From Ascoidea asiatica JCM 7603 (taxonomy: Eukaryota > Fungi > Ascomycota): DNA of 64,000 bases. The position numbers were made by a program, and so were the translations under genes. Below are positions 13,153 through 25,391 of the stretch, piece after piece. The stretch lies in NCBI GenBank assembly GCA_001600695.1, contig BCKQ01000006.1:70782-134781 (forward strand), given 5' to 3'. The notes beneath the pieces are model-generated. The model ran no database searches and was not told the origin of the DNA. It worked only from the letters and a program-made list of their open reading frames with translations. Numbering within the stretch: the stretch's first letter is position 1; each line of letters opens with the position of its first letter.

Positions 13153-13274
13153 GTCACGTGAACTGTACACTCTACACGTGACACTGTTTTTTATTATAAA
13201 TAAAATAATAAACCATGTTTCTGGGTACGTCGGAAGGGGACTAATACCACACAGTCGCGCGAGTCACGAGTCAG
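13153..13274. promoter_or_regulatory. SGN1/JSN1 divergent promoter: two E-boxes (GTCACGTGA, CACGTGAC) and tandem GAGTCA sites
   Basis: E-boxes at 13153-13161 and 13175-13182. GAGTCACGAGTCA at about 13261-13273. Confidence 0.5.
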
Positions 13275-13465
13275 TGGGATCTGAAGTTAGCATACTGAAG
13301 CTAGCACAAACGAAGGTGAAAAGTGTAACTGTACTATTAAAGTATCGAAGTATCAAAGTATCGAAGTATCAAATTATGTATGTTCAAACTTGAGATTTCC
13401 AGCTTCACTTTCAAACCGCAGACTTAAAAGCTTTGGTCTTTTACCGCAGTAATAAAACAAAATAA

Positions 13466-13515
13466 AACTGAACTGAACTGAACTGAACTGAACTGAAGTG
13501 AAGTGAAGTGAAGTG
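13466..13515. repeat. Compound pentanucleotide repeat (AACTG)6(AAGTG)4
   Basis: Read directly. Further simple repeats nearby: (TTACTA)n about 13595-13633, (TATAAA)n about 13733-13770, (TCAA)n about 14191-14220. Confidence 0.9.
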
Positions 13516-14189
13516 AATTAATTCGTGAGCGTTCGTTGACTGAGATTGAATTTACCGTAACTTGGATCAGATTTAGGCTTGCAATAGCAGTTATTTTACT
13601 ATTACTATTACTATTACTATTACTATTACTATTAGCTACAGTAATTAGTAGTAAACACTTTGTTATTTCACTTCTTTATTTTCTTTCATTCAATTACTTA
13701 GCTTTAGTATCTGATATAAAATATAAATTATAATTATAAATATAAATATAAATATAAATATAAATATAAAAATAAAAATAAATATTTATACATACTTAAC
13801 AATACCCATTTTATTCAAACTTATATAAAATTTTATTAAAAATCATAAAAAAAAGTAAAAAAAAAGTAAAAAAAAAATTCATCATAATTAAAGTCAATAA
13901 TATTCAATTATTTCATTCTTCTTTGAAATTTTAGACTTTGATTCTTAAATTCACTTCATTTTCAATTCATTTTTAATTCATCTTTAATTCATTAGCAATT
14001 AATTACCAGTTAATTAGCAATTCAATCATATCAATTCATTTTAATTCATCCTTATTTATAAAAAAATACAATAATATATTAATATCATTTCTCATCTTTA
14101 ATTATTCTATAATTTAGGATAGAATAGATTTGATCTGTTCAATATTAATATATCTATCAGTATTAATATTAATATCACTCTTTATCTCT

Positions 14190-14220
<31 letters not shown>

Positions 14221-14347
14221 CTTTATGAAATTTAAAATTTAAAAAAACATATATTGAATTATCAAATTATTATTTATAATTATCTAAAATCATTATATCA
14301 TTATTTTCATTTTTGTCTTATAATTGAAATCATTCTTTATTTTAATA

Positions 14348-16852
14348 ATGTCTTCAAATAATACAAATAATATATCCAATATACCTAATATAAATAATTC
14401 AAATAGTTCTAATACTAATACTAATACTAATACTAATAATACCAACATCAATACTAATACGAATACCATTAACACTACCACTACCACTACCACTAATAAT
14501 AATAATAATAATAATAATTACTTGTCAACAAATTCAATCTCAAGTTCACATAATGGTTCAATTTCAAGTTTAAATAATTTATCAAATAAATCTCCAATAA
14601 GGTCAATATCTCCAATTATATCATTATCTAATAATTCTTCAATTAATTCTTCAATTAATTCTTCAATTAAACAAAATATTAATTCAAATATAATTTTAAA
14701 TAATAATATATCTCCACAATTAGGTAGTTTTAGATCAAGAACAAGAGCTGGTACTTTACCTTCAAGATTTTATCCTCTAGATTCAACAAATAATTCAACA
14801 AATTCAACTTCTTCATTATTATTACCTCCATCTTCAATAAATCCAATTTCAAATAATATTGATCCATTTAATTCAATTACTTTCGATTCAAATAATTCAA
14901 TCAATTCAATTAATTCTATCAATTCAAATACCAAAAATACTTCTTCAAATTTAACCGCCAATACAAATAATACAAATAATATCAACAACAACAACAATAA
15001 TAATAATAATTTATCAGCGGTTAATTCAAATACAAGAAGATTAAGATCTGGTTCTTTATTTACTTTAAATGATTCTTCAATTTGGTCAAATAATTCAATT
15101 TCTTTAACTTTAGATAATTTAAAAAAAAAATCTCCAATTCAATTACCAAAAGATTTTAAAATTTTAAATTCTTCAAATATTGATAATAACATTAATAATA
15201 ACATTAATAATAACAATAATAATCATAATACTTTAAAACATCATCACTCTATTCAATCTTTACAAAATATTCAATCAATTGTTGATGGTCATTTAAGTTT
15301 AAATTTAAATAATATTAATAATATTAATAATATTAATAATTTAAATAATTTAAATAATATAAATACTTATTCTAATTTATCAAATATTAATAATAATAGA
15401 ACAAGATCTTATACTACAAATAATTCAATTCCTCAAAATAATTCAAATTTCATCTTAGGTCAAAATCAAATTAAAAATTTAGATCAATTAAATTCACTTA
15501 ATAATATTAACCTAATAAATAATAATAATAATAACAACAATAATTCAAACACAATTCAAAATCAATCAGTAAATTTTCAATCTCAACCAATATCTCCATA
15601 TGATTATGATCATGATTATGATTATGATAACTCAACTAATAATATCAACAACAACAATAATAATAATAATAATAACAGCTTAGATTATTTTGATTCTAAA
15701 AGTATTTCAAATAATTTACCAAATAATTTAATAAATAATAATAATAATAATATTAATAATATTATTACCGCCAATAATAATATTAATAATTTATCTTTAA
15801 TTGATGATTTACATAGACCAAGAGCTCAAACTTATTCAAGTGGTATAAATCCATTATTATCTCAAGTTTTACCTCAAGATAATTTAAATGATCAATATTT
15901 AAATTTAAATAATCAAACTTCCTACAATAATAACATCAATAATAATAATAATAATAATAATAATATCAATAATAACAACAACAGTAACAATAATATTAAT
16001 AACAACATACCTCAATATGTTGATTATTCAAATCAAAATAGTTTAAATATGAACCAAGTTAATAATAGTAATAATACTGGTAATATTACAAATAATAATA
16101 CTAATATCAATAATAAAAGTAATAAGATAAATTTTATGAAAAATAATAATAATCAATTATCTCCAGTTTTATTAGATAATGTACCTTTAAATTCTTTATC
16201 TTTTACTTCAACTTTTAATAATCCAAAATTAGGTCCAACTAAAATTGTACTTTTATTAAATTTACCACCTTTATCTTATAATATAACAACAAGTTTTAAT
16301 TTATTTAAAATGTGTTCAGTTTTTGGAAAAATTTTAAGTATTAAAGTATTTAATTCTGCTTCTTCAATAACTTCTTCTTCTTCTTCTTCTTCTACTACCA
16401 ATGTTAATAATAATAATAATTCAAGTTTAGATCAAAATTCATCAATAACTCCAATTCAAAATATTATACCAATTTCATCAAATTCTTCATCTCCAACTCC
16501 AAATATAAATTTAGTTTCAATTTCTTCTTCAAATAGTTCTTTAAATGAAATTGATGAAAAAGATTTAAAAGATTTAAAAGATTTAAAAGATTTAAAAGAT
16601 TTAAAAACTTCTAAAATTAAATCAATTAAACCAAAACCCGTTAAAAAAGATTCTAAAAAAGATATTAAAGAAATTAAAAATGAAATGGCTACTATTTCTG
16701 AAGCTGATGAAAATATTGAAGATGATAGTTTATTATCTTCTCAAATTCATGATTTTGATTCTTCAAAATTAAGTAGTAATAATTCTATTACTCCAACTTC
16801 TGCAACTTCAATTTCTACTAATGGTACATTATCACAAAAAGATAATTATATT

Positions 16853-16910
<58 letters not shown>

Positions 16911-19348
16911 GCAATAATAATATTAATGAAAATAATCTTAAAGAAAATATTATTACTCCTGTAAATAATTCTATTTCAGAAATTGAGAATATTTCTGCAT
17001 TAATTGAATTTGAATCTATTGAAATTGCAATGCAGGCTAAAGCTCAATTGAATCATAGAGAAATTTATAATGGATGGCCATGTTATACTGGTTTTGCTAA
17101 AATGATTCAACAATTAAATTCAATAATTCCTTCTGAACCTCAACCATCAATTCAAGTTCAACCTCAAGTTCAAGTTCAATCTCAACAAATATCTCAGTCT
17201 CAAAATATTATTCCAAATCAAGTATCTTTATCAAGTCAAATTCAACTTCAATTACCTACTGGTAAAAGATCTAGAACTAATAGTTTACAAGATACTAATA
17301 ATAATATTTCTATATCACCATCTAATGAAAAAATTGAAAATAAAGAAAAAATTGAAAAAGATAAAAAATCAATTATTAAAATTACAATAAAAGAAAAAGC
17401 TCCTGAATTTAAAGATATTATTGAAGATTTACGTTTATTAGTTTCAAATTTTAATTCTTTAAATCTTAATCAAAATGATTCAAATCAAAATGAATTAAAT
17501 CAAGGATCAATTCAATCTAATTCATTCTCAGAATCTGAAATTAATTATTATATTTCCAAAGCTGTTAATTATCAAGGATTTGTAAAAGATTATGGTCCAT
17601 TACCTGATCCAATTTCAATTCGTCAATTTGATGCACCTAAATTAAGAGAATTACGTAAATCAATTGATTCAAACATGTTATCAAAATTTGAGATTGAAGA
17701 ATTAGCTTTAGCAATGCTTGATGAATTAGCTGAATTATCTTCAGATTATCTTGGTAATACAGTTGTTCAAAAAATTTTTGATATTTGTGATAATTCTATT
17801 AAAGATATTATGTTACGTCAAGTTTCAAAATATTTATCTCAAATGGGTATTCATAAAAATGGTACATGGGCAGCACAAAAAATAATTAATGTTGCAAATA
17901 GTCCAAGACAAAAACAAAATATTTCAAAAAGTTTATTACCATATATTACTCCTTTATTTAAAGATACTTATGGTAATTATGTTTTACAATGTTGTTTAAA
18001 ATTTGGATCCCCTTGGAATGATTTTGTTATTGAAGTAATGTTAGCAAATTTTTGGTTAATTGCTCAAGATAGATTTGGTTCTAGAGCAATTAGAGCTTTT
18101 TTAGAAAGTGCAGATTCTAATTCAGAACAAACATCATTATTAGCATCAGTTATTGTTTTATATGCAGAATATTTGGCAACCAATTCAAATGGATCATTAT
18201 TATTAACTTGGTTTTTAGATACATGTATCTTACCTGATAGACATAAAATACTTGCACCTAGATTATTACCACATTTAGCTCAATTATGTACTCATAAGTT
18301 AGGAAGTTTAACTGTTTTAAAAATTTTAAATAATAGAACAGATACAAAAGGTGGAGAATTAATTCTTGAGGCATTATTTGGAAAATTTGAATTTTCAAAT
18401 TCTGAAGCAAATCTTGAAACTCAAGACAGTCAAGAAGTAGAAATTGAAAAATCTAATAATTGTGTTCCTCCAGAATTATTGAAACAAATTTTAAGTGAAA
18501 ATAATTATGGATCAACATTTATTCATAAAGTTTTATCTGCACCATTGATTTCTGAAGGAAGATCACCAGATTATAAATCATTTATTGTAGAACAAATTAG
18601 AACAGTATTATTAGATCTTAATATACCTTCATATCAAGGATATAAAAGATTATTAGAAGAAGTTGGATTAAAAGTTGAAGGTGGAAGTAATAGACATCAT
18701 TCTCATACAAGAAATCATTCAAATAATAATAGAAGAAGAAATAAGAATTCTAATACTCAAATGCAAATGTTTCCTCCAGAACTTATAAATCCATTAGTAG
18801 GTGGACAAATTTCAGCCAATTTTCTTATGAATGGTCAACAACATTATATGAATATAAATAATATGAGTAACATTAATAATAACGTTAATAATAATAATAA
18901 TAATAATGTTAATGATAATAATGAGATTTATAATGGCATTCAAAATACAAGTTTCAATAACTTCCTTAATCAAATACCAAACAATAACAATAATAATAAT
19001 AATAATATCAACAGTAATAATGTAGATAAAAATTATAATATGGTACCAAATCAAATTCCATCAATGAATAATAATAATAATAGATTTGATATTGGTATAA
19101 ATCAATCATTTGAGCAAATAAATTTGAATGGTTATTCTAGTAATTCTAATGGTTCTAATTCTAACTATCAACAACAACAACTGCAACAACCAATTCAGAT
19201 ACCAATTCAATCAATTCCTCCAAATCAATATAATAATTCTATTCCTAGTGGTTTAAATCAAAATAATTATAATTCTTTAAATAATGGACCACAAATGATG
19301 AATCCAAATTTCAATCAATTTAATGGTAATCAATTTGGTTATCATTAA
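14348..19348 (+). CDS. JSN1: Pumilio-family RNA-binding protein with RRM (Jsn1/Puf2 type)
   Basis: RTRAGTLPSR, split RRM, and Puf repeats (SSDYLGNTVVQKIF, HKNGTWAAQKII, DTYGNYVLQCCL, DRFGSRAIRA). First ATG at 14348. Confidence 0.9.
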
Positions 19349-20150
19349 ACTTTTATTAAATCATAATTATTAAATCATAATTATAAAATATTAATTATAA
19401 AATACTAATTATTAATTACTAATTAGTAATTTTTAAATAAATTTTCATTTTTATTTTTTAAATCATGAGTTTATCTTACTTTCATTTATTACATTTGAAT
19501 TCACATTCGTTTTAAAATTTTCAGTTTTTCTTAAATTTTTTTTTTTTATATTCTCTGCATTTGTTTTTTATACTACTGCATTGTAAAGAGTGTTTTTATT
19601 TCTATTTTTTGGATCTTTTTATTTATTATTTTATTTTATTTTATCTAATTTTTATCTTGATATTTTACTTATTTTTTATACATTACAATTATTACATTAT
19701 ATTTTATAAAGAAAGGAAAAAAAAAAAAATTTTACAAACAAAAAGAAGATATTCATTTATTATCATCCATCATCAATTCAATAATTTTCTTATTTGATTA
19801 TATATTAAGAAAAGAATAATAACAAAAGGATTGGTAATATAGTTATTTGTTTATTATTTTATACCTTTTAACATTCAATTTTATAATAAGAGATTTGTTA
19901 AATAATATTATTATAATTTTTTATTTATATTGATCTTATTATATTGTATATATATATATAAGTTATAATCTTTTAGTCTTGACTAATTCATTATAACATT
20001 CATTTATGGTTCATAGAAGCAAATAAAAGTTTATTTTTTATCTAAAACTCTGTAGAAACATTATTTCATTTGTCTTCATTTTTTTATATTGAATTGAAAT
20101 AAATATAATAAAAATAAAACATAAAAATAAAAATAAAAAAAACTGAAATA

Positions 20151-20222
20151 TAGCGCCGCTTGGTTTCGATCCAAGGACCCTAGGGTTATGAGCCCTATGC
20201 GCTTCCACTGCGCCACGGCGCT
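20151..20222 (-). tRNA. IMT: Initiator tRNA-Met (CAT)
   Basis: Minus strand reads AGCGCCGTGGCGCAGTGGAAGCGCATAGGGCTCATAACCCTAGGGTCCTTGGATCGAAACCAAGCGGCGCTA. It shows A1:U72, GGG/CCC anticodon-stem pairs and an ATCGAAA T-loop, with a downstream T-run terminator. Confidence 0.97.
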
Positions 20223-20635
20223 AAACTTTTGTTTATTGCTTTGTCCTCCGTGTACAAAACCTTACCAATAAGAGAAATACAGAATATTTTCGATTTCCAA
20301 CAAAGTGTTAGACTTGGATGAATTTTAAAAACCACAAATATAAAAAACTAAATAACAAATGTAAACAATTCTTTTTTCATTGACTGTTTTAATTAAATTG
20401 GAAATGTTCTGGGATTGATTAATCTCTGTAACGTTAGTTATTGTTAGTTATTGTTAGTTATTATGGAGGGAATTAAGTGAAAGCACTTCTGATGGTTCTA
20501 GTTTTGCTTGTTTTTATATACAATTTATTGATATGCTTTAGTTTTGGGTTGTTGATTATTCCTAAGATTCAGTCCCAGAGTATTCAATATAAGATAAAAT
20601 GATAATGAGTAGCTAAAGTTTCAAATTTTGTATCA

Positions 20636-22195
20636 ATGGATCAAATAAAAGGAAAATTCACTATAAAAATTCATGATGTTCAGTCTATCTTATTTAATTC
20701 TTCACAAAATTTCACAAAAGGAAGTGTTATTACAATTCACAATGAAAATGTAAAAAATGATTCAAATAATCCCAATAATGAATTTAAAATAACTTTAGGA
20801 AATAAAATAGAATCAGAAAATAATGAAAAAATAACAAAAGAATCAATTGATTTAAGTCTTTATAATCTTAAATATGGTGTATATTTAGATTTAAAAGATG
20901 ATAATTTTAGAAATGCATTTACATTTCTTATATTATTATATTATGAAGAAAATCAAAAACAACCAAAATTTAAAATATATATACCACCAAGTAAATATCC
21001 ATTTGAAAATATTTCAATTTTTGAAAATGAAAAAAGTTTTTTAATCTCAACTTTTGGAACTTTATATCTTAAATTTTATTTATATTATCCAAGAAATACA
21101 ACTATTAAAAATAATAATAATATATTAATGAAAAAATTTAATCCAAAAATATTTCATTTAGGTGAATCAATTATTAAATTAAATGATTTTTTTAAAGGTA
21201 TTTATGTTCAAAAATTTAAAATTCATCATAAATTTATTTGTCAAAATTATAAATTTTCTGAAATGAATTTTACAATAAATTTTAAACCAAAAATGTTTTT
21301 AAAAAAATTTATAAATTCAACTGAAATATTTAAAACTTTATATTTAGAACAAAAATCTTTAAATTTAGAAAATCAATTAATTTCATTTAATGATTTTAAA
21401 TTACATTCAATTATTGGTTATGAAGGTAATGGAACTGTATATTTAGGAAGAAGAAGAAATACTTTAACTCTTTATTCAATTAAAATAATTTATAAAAAAT
21501 ATATTAATAATAATTTTGAATTCTCTGATTCTTGGCCTGAAAAAGAAATTTTAGAATTGTTTTCATTTGAACCTCTTTTTTTTATTCGCTTATTTTATAC
21601 TTTTGAAAATAATTCAAAAATTTATTTAATTAGAGAACCAATAATTAATGCAAATTATCTTGATAAAGTAATAAAATTCCAAAATATTTCATTATCACTC
21701 ATTAGATTTATTGCAATTCAAATTGTTTTTATTTTATCTAAAATTCATGAAAAAAATATTATTTATAGAGATTTAAATACAAAAAATATAATTTTATATG
21801 ATACTGGTTTTATAAAAATAACAAATTTTGAAAATGCAAAAAAAATTTTTAAACATGATAATAAAAAAGAATATGAATATTATAATGCAGGTTCATATTC
21901 AGCTCCAGAATTATTAACTTCAAGAGGTTATAATAAAACTTTAGATTGGTGGACATTTGGAATTTTATTATTTAAAATTTCAACAGGTTCAGTTCCTTTT
22001 AAAGGTGAAAACATTGATAAATTAAGTGTTGAAATACTTTCATTTAAAGAAATTTATCCAGAAAATATGAATTTAAATTTAAAAGATTTAATTTCAAAAT
22101 TATTAATTAAAAATCCAGAAAATCGATTAGGAAATAAAAATGATTATGAAGAAGTTTCAAAACATTGTTTTTTTCGGGATTCTGATCGAATCTAA
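20636..22195 (+). CDS. Divergent Ypk/Gad8-like AGC kinase, probable pseudokinase
   Basis: Kinase fold motifs IIYRDLNTKN, APE, DWWTFGIL and NPENRLG are present. The Gly loop is GYEGNG, DFG is replaced by NFE, and there is no AGC C-tail. Confidence 0.8.
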   Translation: MDQIKGKFTIKIHDVQSILFNSSQNFTKGSVITIHNENVKNDSNNPNNEFKITLGNKIESENNEKITKESIDLSLYNLKYGVYLDLKDDNFRNAFTFLILLYYEENQKQPKFKIYIPPSKYPFENISIFENEKSFLISTFGTLYLKFYLYYPRNTTIKNNNNILMKKFNPKIFHLGESIIKLNDFFKGIYVQKFKIHHKFICQNYKFSEMNFTINFKPKMFLKKFINSTEIFKTLYLEQKSLNLENQLISFNDFKLHSIIGYEGNGTVYLGRRRNTLTLYSIKIIYKKYINNNFEFSDSWPEKEILELFSFEPLFFIRLFYTFENNSKIYLIREPIINANYLDKVIKFQNISLSLIRFIAIQIVFILSKIHEKNIIYRDLNTKNIILYDTGFIKITNFENAKKIFKHDNKKEYEYYNAGSYSAPELLTSRGYNKTLDWWTFGILLFKISTGSVPFKGENIDKLSVEILSFKEIYPENMNLNLKDLISKLLIKNPENRLGNKNDYEEVSKHCFFRDSDRI

Positions 22196-22472
22196 TCAAA
22201 TTTCACTAATTTCATTTTCTCTTCTGTTTTTTAAACCTTCTTTTTTTTTTTTTTTTTTCTGTTTATACAATTATTAAAGACCCGTTGTTTTGGAGTCAAA
22301 AGTATCACATGCATGCAAATAACAGAACAAAAAAACAGACTTTAAAATGTAATAAAAAAAAAGGTCTGAAGGGAATTGATTATTTTATTTATATTCACAA
22401 AGAAGATATGTTTGATTTATGAGGAATAGAAAGAAAGAAAAGAAAAAAGAATATGAGTATAGACAGAATGAA

Positions 22473-24461
22473 TTAAAATAATCCTTCAATTTCACCTTCT
22501 TCATTAACTTCAACATTCATAAATCCACAATGAGTAGGTAAACCAGGAATTGTTTGAATTTCAGCTGCTAAAGCATATAAATATCCAGCTCCTATACTTG
22601 CTCTAACATCTCTAATTGGAAATGTAAAACCAGTTGGAACACCTTTTAATTTTGCATCATGAGATAAAGAATATTGAGTTTTTGCAATACAAATTGGTAA
22701 TTTTCCAAATCCTTGTTTTGTATATAAATCAATTTTATCTTGAGCTTCTTTTGTAAATTCAATATCTTTTGCTCCATACATAATTTTTGCAATTTTAGAA
22801 ATTTTATTTTCAACAGAATCATCTGTTGAATATAAAAATTTAAAATTTTTTTTTAATTTTGAAGCTTTTATTACACCTTTTGCTAAATCAATTGCTCCTA
22901 AACCACCTTGTTCCCAATGATTTGAAACTATAGCATCAACTGCACCAGCTTTTAAAGAAACTTCTCGAATTATTTCATGTTCTTTATTTGTATCTGATGT
23001 CATTTTATTAATTGCAACAAGAACTGGTAATCCATATTCTTTTGCATTTGAAATATGTTTAATTAAATTTGAACAACCTTTTGATAATAATTCAATATTT
23101 TCTTTTGTATATTCTGATGCTAATGGAGTACCAGCTTTAACTTCAGGTCCACCACCATGTACTTTTAAAGCTCTAACAGTTGCAACAATTACAACAAGAT
23201 CTGGAACTAAACCTGATGATCTACATTTAATATTAATAAATCTTTCTCCACCCATGGTGAAATCGAAACCAGCTTCAGTAACAACATAACCATCATTATC
23301 ATTATCATTGTCTTCTTCTTCATCATCTTCTTCTTCTTCTCCGACTTCATCATTTTCATCATTGGTAATATTTTTTTTAGGAGTACCAGTTAATTTTAAA
23401 GCAATTTTATCAGCTAATACAGAATTTGCACCAATTGAAATATTTGCAAAAGGACCTGCATGAATTAAAACTGGAGTACCTTCTAAAGTTTGCATAAGAG
23501 TTGGTTTAATTGCATCAACTAATAAAGCAGTTAAAGCACCAGCTGCACCAATATCTTCACAAGTTATTGGAATTCCTGAATTTGAAGATGCAACAACAAT
23601 TTTACCTAATCTATTTCTTAAATCAGATAAGGAATTTGATAAAGCTAAAATTGCCATACATTCAGATGCAACAGAAATATCAAAACCTGTTTTTCTTGTC
23701 ATTCCTCTTTCAGTTGGAGCTTCACCAATAGTTATACCTCTAAGAAATCTATCATTACAATCAACAACTCTTTTCCAAGTAATGGAATTTGGATTAATAT
23801 CTAATCTAACAAATTTAGAAATTTCTTCAGAAGTTAAATCATTTGGATTAATTTTATTAATATTTAAATTTTTTAATCTTTTTAACATTGAAGGTGTAAA
23901 ATTTCTTTTACCATTTTTTATTGGTACTAATCTTTTATATAAAGGACCATCTTTTTGAGTATTTTCATGAAAAATTCTTGTATCTATAGCAGCAGCTAAT
24001 AAATTATTTGCCATTGAAATTGCATGAATATCACCAGTTAAATGCATATTAAATTCATCCATTGGTATAACTTGAGAATAACCACCACCTGCAGCACCAC
24101 CTTTAATACCAAAAGTTGGACCCATTGAAGGTTGTCTAACAGTTGCAAAAACTTTTTTATTTAAATGAGATCCTAAAGCTTGAGTTAAACCAATAGTTGT
24201 AGTTGATTTACCTTCACCTAATGGAGTTGGAGTTATACCAGTAACTAAAATATATTTACCATTTTTATTATTCTTTAATCTATTTAATATAGATAATTTA
24301 ATTTTTGCTTTTGTTGAACCATATGGTTCAATTTCATTTGATAAAATTCCAGATTCTTCTGCAACTTTTATAATTTCTTTTGGTTTTTGAGATCTTGAAA
24401 TTTCAAAATCTGATGGAACTGGATTTAATAAATTTAATTTCAATGGAGTAAAATTTGACAT
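22473..24461 (-). CDS. Formate-tetrahydrofolate ligase; synthetase domain of Ade3/Mis1 only
   Basis: [43 protein letters not shown] and AKTQYSLSH. The dehydrogenase/cyclohydrolase domain is absent. Confidence 0.93.
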   Translation of the reverse strand: MSNFTPLKLNLLNPVPSDFEISRSQKPKEIIKVAEESGILSNEIEPYGSTKAKIKLSILNRLKNNKNGKYILVTGITPTPLGEGKSTTTIGLTQALGSHLNKKVFATVRQPSMGPTFGIKGGAAGGGYSQVIPMDEFNMHLTGDIHAISMANNLLAAAIDTRIFHENTQKDGPLYKRLVPIKNGKRNFTPSMLKRLKNLNINKINPNDLTSEEISKFVRLDINPNSITWKRVVDCNDRFLRGITIGEAPTERGMTRKTGFDISVASECMAILALSNSLSDLRNRLGKIVVASSNSGIPITCEDIGAAGALTALLVDAIKPTLMQTLEGTPVLIHAGPFANISIGANSVLADKIALKLTGTPKKNITNDENDEVGEEEEDDEEEDNDNDNDGYVVTEAGFDFTMGGERFINIKCRSSGLVPDLVVIVATVRALKVHGGGPEVKAGTPLASEYTKENIELLSKGCSNLIKHISNAKEYGLPVLVAINKMTSDTNKEHEIIREVSLKAGAVDAIVSNHWEQGGLGAIDLAKGVIKASKLKKNFKFLYSTDDSVENKISKIAKIMYGAKDIEFTKEAQDKIDLYTKQGFGKLPICIAKTQYSLSHDAKLKGVPTGFTFPIRDVRASIGAGYLYALAAEIQTIPGLPTHCGFMNVEVNEEGEIEGLF

Positions 24462-24814
24462 TTTTATTAATTATTAAATTAATGATTTCTATAAATATGA
24501 AAATATTTTAATTTTTTTATACAAACTACTAAAGAGACAATGAAACTAAAGAAAAATTGAAGTGATTACAATGACTTTAAATAATTTTTCACAAGAACCA
24601 AATTTCTTCTTAAATTGAATAAAAATAAATATAATAATAAATAAATATAAGTCTAAAAATTAATGCAAGTTTGAAAATGCAAATAAAGTTTAATTAATAT
24701 ATCAATTAATTTATGGGAGATTTCCAAATGAAATATTTTGGAGATCGAGAAAACGAGAAAAAAAGACTCGGAGCTACGCACTCTTTTTTATTTCGGGCAA
24801 AGATCAGTAAAACT

Positions 24815-25028
24815 TGACTCGGGTTAAGCTTGCCACACGCACCGCCACAGAAAAACAAGTACACCAGCCACTACCGCTGGATTTTTTCCGCCCTGCGACA
24901 ATGGAACATTTGGAAATTACCACTTGAAAATGTGTTCATTCACGATGTTCTTGCGAGAAGTTAAGAAAACAAAGTGTTTCTTTACAAAACTGATTTCTTG
25001 ATCGGGTGAACAATTTCCGGTCTGACTC
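24815..25028. promoter_or_regulatory. TGACTC (Bas1/Gcn4-type) sites in a GC-rich promoter island upstream of the FTHFS gene
   Basis: TGACTC at 24815-24820 and 25023-25028. Such sites are typical of purine and one-carbon genes in yeasts. Confidence 0.5.
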
Positions 25029-25391
25029 GTGACTGTCCTGTTTCAAAGGATTTCCTGGTTTCCTGAAATTGATTTTTTTAGCTGCTAGCTGCTGCTGGTT
25101 TAGGTCTTCCCTGCAGAAACCACAAACACAAAAAAAAGCTGATCTTTTTCAATAAAAAGCAAGCTTTATTATCGGGATAATGTTTAATGAAATACAAAGA
25201 AATAATATGATTTGTCTGTAAGTTAATTAATTGTATATTTGAACTAATCTATTGAATTTAAGATACTTTTTCATTTCAGTGTTTATCTTTTTTTCAGCTA
25301 TCTTCAGGATACTTTACTAATAAAACAACATTTCACAAATTCAATAATTGTTCAAGATTGTTATTGAATTTTAATATCATTTAATAATAAT

